From assembly GCA_049593795.1 (NCBI GenBank), contig JBAWHK010000016.1, positions 1 through 62,761 of the forward strand: a DNA stretch of 62,761 bases, written 5' to 3'. A model generated the notes under the pieces. The model was not told where the DNA came from and ran no database searches. It saw only the letters and a program-made list of their open reading frames with translations. Below are positions 25,086 to 33,944 of the stretch, one piece after another (the stretch's first letter is position 1; each line of letters opens with the position of its first letter). A program made the position numbers and the translations under genes. The DNA is from Solirubrobacterales bacterium. Its GTDB lineage: Bacteria > Actinomycetota > Thermoleophilia > Solirubrobacterales > 70-9.

Positions 25086-25639
25086 TCGAAGACCTCCTCT
25101 CAGACGCCAAAGAACGTATGGCCAAGACCGTCGAATCCACCGGCGGCGAGTTCTCCAGTGTGCGTACTGGCCGGGCGACACCACATCTGCTCGACCGGAT
25201 CAACGTCGACTATTACGGCGCGATGACCCCGCTGGCACAGATGGCCAACGTGGCCACCACCGACGCCCGCACACTTACCGTCACCCCGTATGACAAATCG
25301 GTGATGGGTGCGATCGAGAAAGCCATTCTTGAATCCGATGTTGGCCTTACCCCGTCCAACGACGGCAACATCATTCGCCTGAACATTCCCGACCTGACCG
25401 AAGAGCGCCGCAAGGAGCTGGTCAAGGTAGTCCACAGCGTCGCCGAAGATGGTCGTATCGCTGTCCGGAACGTGCGTCGTGACGTCATGACCGACCTTCG
25501 TGACCTGAAGAAGGAAGGCGAAGCCGGAGCTGACGACGAACACCGCGCGGAAGCTTCGCTCCAGAAGCTCACCGACGAAGCGATCAAGGAGATTGACTCC
25601 CTGCTGAAAGGCAAGGAAGAGGAAATCCTCGAGGTGTGA
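25082..25639 (+). CDS. frr: Ribosome recycling factor
   Basis: 185 aa with [12 protein letters not shown] and [11 protein letters not shown] motifs. ATGA overlap. Confidence 0.95.
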   Translation: MIEDLLSDAKERMAKTVESTGGEFSSVRTGRATPHLLDRINVDYYGAMTPLAQMANVATTDARTLTVTPYDKSVMGAIEKAILESDVGLTPSNDGNIIRLNIPDLTEERRKELVKVVHSVAEDGRIAVRNVRRDVMTDLRDLKKEGEAGADDEHRAEASLQKLTDEAIKEIDSLLKGKEEEILEV

Positions 25640-26310
25640 AAGCACCTCGATACGTCGCCATAATCACCGACGGGAATGGCCGGTGGGCGGAAAAGCGTGG
25701 CCTGCCGGTAGAGGCCGGTCACAAAGCGGGTGCTGATACGGTAAAAAACCGGCTGCGGGACGCGGTCGAGTTTGGCGTTGAAGAACTGACCGTATTCTCG
25801 TTTTCGACCGAGAACTGGTCCCGTTCGCCGGAAGAAGTATCGGCGTTGATGGAAATGTTCTCGCACCGGATCGTGAACGAAACCCCGGAACTGAACGAAG
25901 AAGGCGTGCGCATGCGTTTCATCGGGCGTCGCGATGGAATCGCCCCCCGGCTGCTTGAGCAGATGGATGAGGCCGAACGCCTTACTGCCGATAACGACAC
26001 GATCACCTTCTTCATAGCTTTCAACTACGGCGGCCGGGCCGAAATAGTGGATGCCGCCCGGAAGTTCGACGGGACCACCGAAGAAGAATTCCAGAAGGCT
26101 CTGTACGCGCCCGACATGCACGATCCCGAACTTCTGATTCGCACCAGTGGCGAGCAGCGCATCTCGAACTACCTGCTCTGGCAATGCGCCTACTCCGAGT
26201 TCATCTTCCGCGATGAACTGTGGCCAGATTACAGCCGGGAGAACTTCGCTGAAACCCTCGAAGAGTTCGGTAACCGCAGCCGGCGCTTCGGAGCCAGGGT
26301 GACTTCATGA
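25636..26310 (+). CDS. uppS: Isoprenyl transferase / undecaprenyl diphosphate synthase
   Basis: 224 aa with VAIITDGNGRWA and RTSGEQRISNYLLWQ motifs. GTGA overlap. Confidence 0.93.
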   Translation: MKAPRYVAIITDGNGRWAEKRGLPVEAGHKAGADTVKNRLRDAVEFGVEELTVFSFSTENWSRSPEEVSALMEMFSHRIVNETPELNEEGVRMRFIGRRDGIAPRLLEQMDEAERLTADNDTITFFIAFNYGGRAEIVDAARKFDGTTEEEFQKALYAPDMHDPELLIRTSGEQRISNYLLWQCAYSEFIFRDELWPDYSRENFAETLEEFGNRSRRFGARVTS

Positions 26311-27101
26311 GCGAAACCATGAAACGCATTCTGGTTGCGATCCCATGGATCGCGCTGGCGATCGTGATCGTCGTCGCCGGCGGGCCTGTCTTCGCCGTGG
26401 CTCTGGCGATCTTCGGCTGTCTCGGCCTGCGTGAGTTCTTCCTGATGGCCGGCAAGTCGCGCCCGCTCCAGTGGGCTGCCTATCTGGGACTGATCGGCAT
26501 GGTTGCCGCGGCAAGCTTCGGAACCGCTTTCAACATCCTGATGTTCATGGCAATTCCCTTCGTCCTGGTATTCATTTTCGCGGCGGAACGGGAAAACCGG
26601 GGCAACATCACTTCGTCTCTTTCGGTCACCATCTTCGGGCTTTTCTGGATCGGGATCCCGCTGGTCCATGCCGTGCTGCTGCGTGACCTGCCGGACCACG
26701 GTGCGGCGCTGCTGGTCAATGTTCTGGTTGGCACTTTCGTTGCCGACACCGGCGCCTACGCGGTAGGCAGGATGTTCGGAACGCACAAGCTGGCCCCGAA
26801 CCTCTCTCCGAACAAGACGATCGAGGGCCTCGTCGGTGGCATTCTCATCGGCATGCTTGGTGTCTGGTGCGCCGGGCTCTACCAGGACTGGCTTTCGGGC
26901 TATGACGCGCTGATCCTCGGTGCTGCCGTGGCAACAATGGCCCCGGTCGGTGACCTTTTCGAATCGATGATCAAACGCGATCTGGGCAAGAAGGACACCG
27001 GAACCCTTTTCGGCCCTCACGGCGGCGTGCTTGACCGTCTCGACGCGGTCTTCTTCACCATCGTGATCGGCTATTACGTATCGATAGCGCTCGTTTACTG
27101 A
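26307..27101 (+). CDS. cdsA: Phosphatidate cytidylyltransferase
   Basis: 264 aa, polytopic, with the C-terminal signature SMIKRDLGKKDTG..GPHGGVLDRLD. Confidence 0.9.
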   Translation: MSETMKRILVAIPWIALAIVIVVAGGPVFAVALAIFGCLGLREFFLMAGKSRPLQWAAYLGLIGMVAAASFGTAFNILMFMAIPFVLVFIFAAERENRGNITSSLSVTIFGLFWIGIPLVHAVLLRDLPDHGAALLVNVLVGTFVADTGAYAVGRMFGTHKLAPNLSPNKTIEGLVGGILIGMLGVWCAGLYQDWLSGYDALILGAAVATMAPVGDLFESMIKRDLGKKDTGTLFGPHGGVLDRLDAVFFTIVIGYYVSIALVY

Positions 27102-27132
27102 TCGTTATGTACGAAGTGCCAAACTCAACCGG

Positions 27133-28284
27133 GTGTCCATGAAACGTATCGCCGTTCTCGGCTCCACCGGCTCGATCGGAACCCAGGCGCTGGAGATCAT
27201 CAACGCGCGGGAAGACCTCGAAGCAGTTGGACTCGCCGTGGGCAAAAGCTGGCGCGAGGCGGTTGTTCAGGCCCGGGGGGCGGGGGTCCAGTACCTCGCT
27301 GTGGCCGATCCTGACGCGGCCGCGGAAGCCGCCGCCGAATTTGAAGGCACCGTGCTTGCGGGCGAACCCGCTGCGCGCGAACTGATCGGTGCCTGTGAAC
27401 CGGATCTGGTCCTCAACGGCATGGTTGGGGCGGCCGGTCTCGGCCCCAGCATTGCAGCCCTCACCGCCGGCATCGACCTGGCCCTGGCCAACAAGGAAAG
27501 CCTGGTGATCGGCGGCGACCTGATCATGGAACTGGCCAAAGCGACCGGATCCGCGCTGCTGCCGGTCGATTCGGAGCATTCCGCAATCTTCCAGCTGCTC
27601 AGCGGGGAGAGTGCTCAAACGGTGGACCGGATCGTGCTGACCGCATCAGGCGGGCCTTTCCGGGGGTGGACCGAGCTCGAAGGAATCACCGTGGAACAGG
27701 CCCTGGACCATCCGACCTGGGCGATGGGTGGCCGGATCACCATTGATTCGGCGACGCTGATGAACAAAGGCTTCGAAATGATCGAAGCCCATTACCTTTT
27801 CGACTTTCCGTATGACCAGATCGACGTGGTGGTCCACCCGCAGTCGATAGTCCATTCCCTGATCGACCTGCGCGACGGGGCCACGCTGGCCCATCTCGGT
27901 TACCCGGACATGCGGGTACCGATCGGCTTCGCACTCGGCTACCCCGAGCGAATCGAGTTGCCGGTGGAACGGCTGGATCTGGCAAAGGTCGGCAGCCTCG
28001 ACTTCGAAGAGCCCGACCCGGAGACTTTCCGGTGCCTCGCCCTGGCCCGGGAAGCAGGCCTGGCTGGCGGCATCTCACCCTGTGTGCTCAACGCAGCTGA
28101 TGAAGTTGCTGTGGCCGCCTTCCTCGAAGGAAGGATCGAGTTCACGGCGATCGCGGAAGTGATCGAACGCACCCTTGAAGATGTGGGTTCGGGCCCTGCC
28201 CGTGACTTCCGTGAACTGTTCGCCGTTGATGAAGCCGCCCGGGAGCGTTCCGGAGAGCTGGTCGGAGAACGGGAAATCAATTGA
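27133..28284 (+). CDS. dxr: 1-deoxy-D-xylulose 5-phosphate reductoisomerase
   Basis: Has IAVLGSTGSIG, LPVDSEHSAIFQ and NKGFEMIEAHYLF motifs. The start is either GTG 27133 or ATG 27139. Confidence 0.95.
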   Translation: MSMKRIAVLGSTGSIGTQALEIINAREDLEAVGLAVGKSWREAVVQARGAGVQYLAVADPDAAAEAAAEFEGTVLAGEPAARELIGACEPDLVLNGMVGAAGLGPSIAALTAGIDLALANKESLVIGGDLIMELAKATGSALLPVDSEHSAIFQLLSGESAQTVDRIVLTASGGPFRGWTELEGITVEQALDHPTWAMGGRITIDSATLMNKGFEMIEAHYLFDFPYDQIDVVVHPQSIVHSLIDLRDGATLAHLGYPDMRVPIGFALGYPERIELPVERLDLAKVGSLDFEEPDPETFRCLALAREAGLAGGISPCVLNAADEVAVAAFLEGRIEFTAIAEVIERTLEDVGSGPARDFRELFAVDEAARERSGELVGEREIN

Positions 28285-29348
28285 GTTTCTTTCTGGCTTT
28301 CCTCGCGTTCAGCGCCCTGATAATCCTCCATGAGCTCGGGCATTTCGTCGCGGCAAAGGCCGTGGGCATGAGGGTCGAGCGTTTCTACCTGTTTTTCCCG
28401 CCGAAGCTGATCGGGATCAAGAGAGGCGAAACCGAATACGGCATCGGAGCGATCCCCCTCGGTGGGTTCGTGAAGATCACCGGCATGAACCCGGAAGAGG
28501 AACTGCCGCCCGAGGTGGCACCCCGGGCCTACTATCACCAGCCGGTCTGGAAACGCATAGTTGTGATCGGCGCGGGACCCGCGGTAAACCTCTTCATCGC
28601 TTTCGCCCTGCTTTTCTTCCTGGCTTTTGGCATCCAGGAGCCAAGCCAGAACGTGGACCAGGTCACCGCGGGCACACCAGCGGTCGGCAAATTGATGCCT
28701 GGTGACAGGATCGTGTCGGTGGATGGCGTGGCGGGCAATCAGGAGAAGATCGCCAACCAGATCAACTCTCACGCCTGCGCCGGCAAGCCAAAAGATGGCT
28801 GCGAAGCAACGAGTTCAGCAACGATCGTCGTCGACCGCGATGGTGAGTTGAAAACGATGGAGATCACACCGGTCTATGACGCCTCGGTGGATCGCAATCG
28901 CCTCGGATTCGCCTTCGGCACCCAGAGTCTCAATCCGGGCGCGGGTGAGGCCGCCAGTATCTCCGCCGACTACATGTGGCTGGTCACGTCCCAGACCGTG
29001 TCGACCCTTTCGCGGATCTGGCAGGCCGAAGAACGGGAGCAGCTGTCCGGGGTCGCCGGGAGCTATGAGGTCACCCGTCAGGCAATCGACATCGGATGGC
29101 GGCAGGCGCTGACCCTGATCGCCCTGATCAGCCTGTCCCTGGGAGTGATCAACCTCTTTCCGTTCCTGCCGCTCGACGGCGGTCACATTTTCTGGAGCCT
29201 GGTCGAGAAGTTCCGTGGAAAACCGGTTCCATTTGCTGTCATGGAGCGGGCCGGCCTGATTGGTTTCGCCCTGGTTATAGGGCTATTCGTCATCGGTCTT
29301 TCGAATGACATCGGAAGGCTGACCGGCGAAGGATTCAATCTCCGCTAG
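28281..29348 (+). CDS. rseP: Site-2 (M50) regulated intramembrane metalloprotease RseP/Rip1-like
   Basis: Has the HELGHF zinc motif, a central PDZ-like segment and NLFPFLPLDGGH. TTGA overlap with dxr. Confidence 0.88.
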   Translation: MSFFLAFLAFSALIILHELGHFVAAKAVGMRVERFYLFFPPKLIGIKRGETEYGIGAIPLGGFVKITGMNPEEELPPEVAPRAYYHQPVWKRIVVIGAGPAVNLFIAFALLFFLAFGIQEPSQNVDQVTAGTPAVGKLMPGDRIVSVDGVAGNQEKIANQINSHACAGKPKDGCEATSSATIVVDRDGELKTMEITPVYDASVDRNRLGFAFGTQSLNPGAGEAASISADYMWLVTSQTVSTLSRIWQAEEREQLSGVAGSYEVTRQAIDIGWRQALTLIALISLSLGVINLFPFLPLDGGHIFWSLVEKFRGKPVPFAVMERAGLIGFALVIGLFVIGLSNDIGRLTGEGFNLR

Positions 29349-29399
29349 ATTCCCGGTTGAAGTTACTTTTTCGGCGAGAGGAAAGAGGAGGGGATTGAG

Positions 29400-31214
29400 T
29401 TGGAGACCACCCAGTCATTGACCGAGGCTGACGGAGGGCCGGGCTATGAGCCTGCGTCCAAGAACCTCTACGAATCTTTCCTGAAGACGGTTGACCGTCT
29501 CGGGGACGATCGCGCGATCGTTTCGGAGGATGAAGGAGTTGAACTCACCTGGAGCCAGCTGGCGACCAGGGTGCGGGCTGTAGCGGGAGGACTCCGCGCG
29601 CTTGGCGTCAAGCCTGGCGACACAGTGAGCATGCTGCTGAACAACCGGTCCGAGTTCATCCCGACCGACCTTGCTGCCGTATCGATCGGCGCGATTCCGT
29701 TCTCGATCTACCAGACTTCCTCTCCGGAACAGATCGAATACGTGCTGTCCGACTCCGAGGCACGGGTCGTGATCGTCGAACCGGCTTTCCTCGAGAATCT
29801 GCTGAAAGCGAAAGAGAACCTGCCGACACTCGAGCACGTCGTCGTGCTCGGTGGCGAAGGCGGTACCAGCACCTATGACGAGCTCCTGGAGCTCGATCCG
29901 GATTTCGATCCCGCACCGCTCGCCGATGCCGTCGGACTGGAAGATCCACTCACCCTGATCTACACCTCCGGCACCACGGGGCCGCCCAAGGGCGTCACCC
30001 TGACCCACGGCAACCTGCTGCGCATGCAGACCGCGGTGATGGAAGGCGTGATCGACCTGCCCGACCGGGACGCAAGGGTGATTTCCTGGTTGCCGGCAGC
30101 GCACATTGCTGAGCGTGGAGCCAACTATTACTCGGCGGTGATGAAGGGGTTCGAGGTTCACATCTGTCCGGACCCTCGTCGCATCATCGAGTTCCTGCCC
30201 AAAGTCCGGCCCACATGGTTTTTCGCCGTGCCAAGGATCTGGGAGAAGCTGAAAGCCGGTCTCGAAGGAAACCTGGCGAGCCTGCCGGACGAGCAGCGTG
30301 AAAAGGCCCAGGGTGGCCTGCAGGCCGCAATCAAGAAGGTCCAGCTGGAACAGGCCGGGGAAGAAGTACCCGAGGCCCTGGCGGCAGCGGTTGCCCAGGC
30401 CGATGAAGCCCTGTTCTCCAACCTGAGGACAGCGCTCGGACTGGACGAGTTCGTCGCGGTGAGTGTCAGCGCCGCCCCGATCCCGGTTGAGGTACTCGAA
30501 TTCTTCCACGCCATCGGCATTCCGATCGGTGAACTGTGGGGCATGTCCGAGACCTGCGGGGTGATCACGATCAACCCGCCGGAAGCGATCAAGATCGGCA
30601 CGGTCGGGCCGCCGGTACCGGGAGTCGAAATCAAGCTCGCAGAAGATGGCGAAATCCTCTGCCGCAGCCCGTACGTGATGCCCGAATACCGCAACCAGCC
30701 TGAAAAGACAGCAGAGACAATCGTTGACGGCTGGCTGCTGACCGGTGACATCGGCACGATCGATGAAGACGGTTACGTCTCGATCATCGACCGCAAAAAG
30801 GAACTGATAATCAATGCCGCCGGCAAGAACATGTCGCCGTCAAACATCGAGGCCCAGATCAAGGTTGCTTCTCCTCTGGTGAACCAGGCGGTTGCGGTTG
30901 GGGACGGTCGTCCGTACAACGTTGCCTTGATCGTGCTCGACCCCGACTTTGCCCCGGTCTGGGCGGCGAACAACGGTATCGAGGGCGCCAGCCTTGACGA
31001 GCTGGCTCAGAACGAACTGATTGTTGCCGAGGTGACCGGCGCGGTGGAACGCGCAAACCAGAAGCTTGCCCGGGTCGAACAGATCAAGAAGTTCAAGATA
31101 ATTCCCGGGGAATGGCTGCCCGGGGGCGACGAACTCACGCCGACGATGAAGCTCAAACGCAAGCCGATCTCCGCCAAGTACGAGCAGCAAATCGAAGCGC
31201 TCTACGCCGGCTGA
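29400..31214 (+). CDS. Long-chain fatty acid--CoA ligase (AMP-dependent synthetase)
   Basis: 604 aa with YTSGTTGPPKGV (AMP-binding) and TGDIGTIDEDGY motifs. TTG start after AGGAGGGG. Confidence 0.85.
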   Translation: METTQSLTEADGGPGYEPASKNLYESFLKTVDRLGDDRAIVSEDEGVELTWSQLATRVRAVAGGLRALGVKPGDTVSMLLNNRSEFIPTDLAAVSIGAIPFSIYQTSSPEQIEYVLSDSEARVVIVEPAFLENLLKAKENLPTLEHVVVLGGEGGTSTYDELLELDPDFDPAPLADAVGLEDPLTLIYTSGTTGPPKGVTLTHGNLLRMQTAVMEGVIDLPDRDARVISWLPAAHIAERGANYYSAVMKGFEVHICPDPRRIIEFLPKVRPTWFFAVPRIWEKLKAGLEGNLASLPDEQREKAQGGLQAAIKKVQLEQAGEEVPEALAAAVAQADEALFSNLRTALGLDEFVAVSVSAAPIPVEVLEFFHAIGIPIGELWGMSETCGVITINPPEAIKIGTVGPPVPGVEIKLAEDGEILCRSPYVMPEYRNQPEKTAETIVDGWLLTGDIGTIDEDGYVSIIDRKKELIINAAGKNMSPSNIEAQIKVASPLVNQAVAVGDGRPYNVALIVLDPDFAPVWAANNGIEGASLDELAQNELIVAEVTGAVERANQKLARVEQIKKFKIIPGEWLPGGDELTPTMKLKRKPISAKYEQQIEALYAG

Positions 31215-31222
31215 AGAACTGG

Positions 31223-32293
31223 ATGTACGGCGTCAACGCGAAGACTTTCGAGCAGATTGCCCTGAGCCGCCTGCCGGAGCTGCAGGTCGCGAGCGGGCTC
31301 TTCCGCGCCACGGCCCGGGTTGAAGGTGTTGAAGACGAAGGTGCGGCACCAACCACCCTCAGGGCCGGCGTGGTGGTGCTGCTCGGGCTCCTTCGTGCCG
31401 ACGAAATGGAACTTGGGCATCCTTTCCGGACCGGGGCATTGCGGACCAAGGTCCTTGGTGACCTCAGCGGACCTGATGTAACTCCCGGCGATCTCGGGTT
31501 GGCCCTCTGGGCCGAATCCCGGGCCGATGGCGGGGCGGTGTCGGAAATCCGCTCGCTGCTTCAGCGGAGGATCAACAAGGACTTCGATTCGGTCCAGCTG
31601 GAGGATCTCGCCTGGGTGGTTTCCGGACTGACCGAAACTTCGGTCAGGTTCGGTTCCGAAGGCGGGCTGGGCGCAATGCTCGACGAAGCGGCCAGTGCCC
31701 TGCGCGAACGGGTTGTGGAAGAAGGCGGACTGCTCGAAGATGTCCACCGTCGCCGTCGCGGACACGTGACCCCGGTCGGGAGCCAGTTTCACGCACTCAG
31801 TTCGCTCTGTCAGCTGAAAAGGGCCGGGTTCGAAGAGATTGTCGGTGATGCTGCCCAGAACCTGGCAACCGCGCTCGGACGCCTTCAGCGGGCCGACGGG
31901 GCCTGGCCAGGACTGGTCGATCCGAAACGCGGGGAGGCAGTCGCTTTCTACCCGGTGCTGACCGTGACCCAGGTGTCACATGCGGTGCGGGCGCTCCGTT
32001 ACGCGGCTGGTCAGGGGCTGGACGGGGATTTCGAAAACAGCATCACGTCCGGGCTGGCCTGGGCAAATGGCCAGAACGCACTGAGCTTCGATCTGATCCA
32101 TGAGTCCGAAGCAAGGCTGGATCGCGGGATCGTGCCGCGGAAGGAACCCGGAGCGGTCCAACGTGGCTTCAGCAGCGCCACCCGACGCCTGCGGGGTGGG
32201 CTTCAGGACCCGGATCCCAGCCGGCTTATCCTTGATCCGGCGGTCTCCAGTGAGGACCTGGGTTGGGTTCTGGAGGCCTGGGCGGGGCGTTGA
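31223..32293 (+). CDS. Hypothetical 356-aa protein, possibly an alpha/alpha-toroid (terpenoid cyclase/prenyltransferase-like) repeat protein
   Basis: Has one QW-like motif (LGRLQRADGAWPG). It is helix-rich, with no TM segment and no signal peptide. ATG 31223 is preferred over 31112, which overlaps the upstream gene by 100 nt. Confidence 0.55.
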   Translation: MYGVNAKTFEQIALSRLPELQVASGLFRATARVEGVEDEGAAPTTLRAGVVVLLGLLRADEMELGHPFRTGALRTKVLGDLSGPDVTPGDLGLALWAESRADGGAVSEIRSLLQRRINKDFDSVQLEDLAWVVSGLTETSVRFGSEGGLGAMLDEAASALRERVVEEGGLLEDVHRRRRGHVTPVGSQFHALSSLCQLKRAGFEEIVGDAAQNLATALGRLQRADGAWPGLVDPKRGEAVAFYPVLTVTQVSHAVRALRYAAGQGLDGDFENSITSGLAWANGQNALSFDLIHESEARLDRGIVPRKEPGAVQRGFSSATRRLRGGLQDPDPSRLILDPAVSSEDLGWVLEAWAGR

Positions 32294-32324
32294 GGCCTTG
32301 CCCCTCCGGTACCCTGCATAAGTA

Positions 32325-33581
32325 GTGGCATCCAAGAGACAGATATTCGTAGGCCGGGTACCGGTCGGTGGCGGGGCACCCGTCGCTGTCCAGACCATGA
32401 CCAAGACCGAGACGGCAAACCTCTCGGCCACCATGGAGCAGATCGAGAAGGTGGCCGAAGCCGGCGCCGACATCGTCCGTGTTGCGGTACCTCGCGACAA
32501 GGACATCGATGCCCTCAAGGTGATCGTCAAGAAGTCGCCGATCCCGATCATCGCCGACATTCACTTCAATCACACTCTCGCCCTGAAGGCGATCGAGGCC
32601 GGGGCGCACTGCATCCGCTTGAACCCCGGCAACATCGGTGGCCGCGACAAGGTGGCAGAGGTCGCCGCCCTCGCCAACCAGCACGGCACCCCGATGCGTA
32701 TCGGCGTCAATTCCGGTTCGCTGCCGAAGCACCTGCATGCGCTCGAACGTGAAAACTCGGTCGAAGCGCTGGTCACGGCCGCGGCCGAGTTCGTGACGCT
32801 GATGGAGGATCTTGATTTCACCAATTTCAAGGTTTCGATCAAATCGACCAACGTGCCGAACACGATCGCCGCAAACCGTCTGCTCTCCGAAAAGATTCCG
32901 TACCCGCTCCATCTCGGCATCACCGAAGCCGGCACCAAATGGTCAGGTTCATTGAAGTCCGCGGTTGGCCTCGGAACGCTGCTGGCCGATGACATCGGCG
33001 ACACGATCCGAATCAGCCTCTCGACCTTCCACGCCGAAGAAGAAGTCAAGGTTGCCTGGGAGATCCTCAAGGCATTGCAGCTGCGCGAACGCGGCCCGGT
33101 ACTGATCGCCTGCCCGACCTGTGGCCGCCTCCAGTTCGACATGGATGCGGTTACCGCAGAGGTCGAGCAGCGCCTCGAGCAGTACGACGAAGCGATTGAA
33201 GTCGCGGTGCTCGGTTGCGCGGTCAACGGCATCGGTGAAGCCAAACACGCCGATTTCGGTATCGCCGGAGCCAAAAACGAAGGTGTTGTTTTCGCCCATG
33301 GCAAAGCGATCAAAAAGGTTGCGACCGAAAAACTGGTCGACACGCTCTTCGAACAGATCGACCTTTCATTCGACCGCGGCGGCAAGGTCGAGTTCGATGA
33401 ACGGGAATCAGCCGAGGGAGAAGCGTGGGTCGCGAAGATCGAAGAAGAGAACGCTGGCGACCTGACCCCGGAGAAGATCGCGGCGATGGAGCACGAAGCG
33501 TCCCAGAAGCCCCAACACGACAAGGTCCTGGTTGACGAAGAGGTTTCACCTACAGCTGGCCGGCGGTTCACCCGGGCCTAG
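32325..33581 (+). CDS. ispG: 4-hydroxy-3-methylbut-2-en-1-yl diphosphate synthase
   Basis: 418 aa with ADIHFNH, RLNPGNIGG and ACPTCGR motifs. It carries an acidic C-terminal extension of about 40 aa. Confidence 0.95.
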   Translation: MASKRQIFVGRVPVGGGAPVAVQTMTKTETANLSATMEQIEKVAEAGADIVRVAVPRDKDIDALKVIVKKSPIPIIADIHFNHTLALKAIEAGAHCIRLNPGNIGGRDKVAEVAALANQHGTPMRIGVNSGSLPKHLHALERENSVEALVTAAAEFVTLMEDLDFTNFKVSIKSTNVPNTIAANRLLSEKIPYPLHLGITEAGTKWSGSLKSAVGLGTLLADDIGDTIRISLSTFHAEEEVKVAWEILKALQLRERGPVLIACPTCGRLQFDMDAVTAEVEQRLEQYDEAIEVAVLGCAVNGIGEAKHADFGIAGAKNEGVVFAHGKAIKKVATEKLVDTLFEQIDLSFDRGGKVEFDERESAEGEAWVAKIEEENAGDLTPEKIAAMEHEASQKPQHDKVLVDEEVSPTAGRRFTRA

Positions 33582-33630
33582 GGCCTTTGGGGGAATGCTG
33601 CTCGTTGTCGGCGGTGGTGTGTAGCTGGCG

Positions 33631-33692
33631 GCAGGTGGGATGGCGGTTCTCGCCATAGCCCGCCAGGATCCATGAACCGCCATCCCACCTGC
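33631..33692. repeat. Perfect 19-bp inverted repeat with 24-nt loop
   Basis: GCAGGTGGGATGGCGGTTC (33631-33649) pairs with GAACCGCCATCCCACCTGC (33674-33692). I verified the reverse complement by hand. Confidence 0.9.
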
Positions 33693-33749
33693 GGCCTCGC
33701 CCGGACGGAACGCGCTCCGCGCCATAGCCCGCCAGGATCCTTGAACCGC
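33651..33749. repeat. Direct repeat of a 30-nt core (29/30 identical), period 69 nt
   Basis: CGCCATAGCCCGCCAGGATCC[A/T]TGAACCGC occurs at 33651-33680 and at 33720-33749. Confidence 0.9.
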
Positions 33750-33770
33750 AATCTCGCCAGCACAGGTAGT

Positions 33771-33810
33771 ACTCCTCCTTGATTGCTCTATGCGCATTGA
33801 ACGAGGAGCG
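33771..33810. repeat. REP-like hairpin, family B (inverted orientation)
   Basis: The reverse complement reads CGCTCCTCGTTCAATGCGCATAGAGCAATCAAGGAGGAG. It shares CGCTCCTCGTTCA, ATGCGCA and AAGGAGGAG with the copy at 6756. Confidence 0.8.
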
Positions 33811-33837
33811 ACACTGAACTGGTTGCCTGCGAAGGTC

Positions 33838-33886
33838 GCATCGCTCCTTGTTGAATGCCCGGAGAGCAGTCAAGGAGGAGCATCGC
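33838..33886. repeat. REP-like hairpin, family B
   Basis: GCATCGCTCCTTGTTGAATGCCCGGAGAGCAGTCAAGGAGGAGCATCGC. Closely parallels the copy at 44510. Confidence 0.8.
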
Positions 33887-33944
33887 GCGCTGGCTGGCTT
33901 GCGCCCCGGCGAAAGACCACCAAGAACGGATAGGTTACGAGCCG

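Noticed and set aside
31112-31222. ORF-track start at 31112 for the hypothetical protein, overlapping the acyl-CoA ligase by about 100 nt.
   Set aside because: The overlap is long and lies in the ligase's conserved C-terminal coding region. The ATG at 31223, 9 nt after the ligase stop, gives a sensible N-terminus.
33631-33886. Possible CRISPR array or T-box leader upstream of proS.
   Set aside because: There are only two copies of the 30-nt core, with no regular repeat-spacer periodicity and no cas genes. I could find no T-box consensus (AGGGUGGNACCGCG-like) and no specifier-loop architecture.
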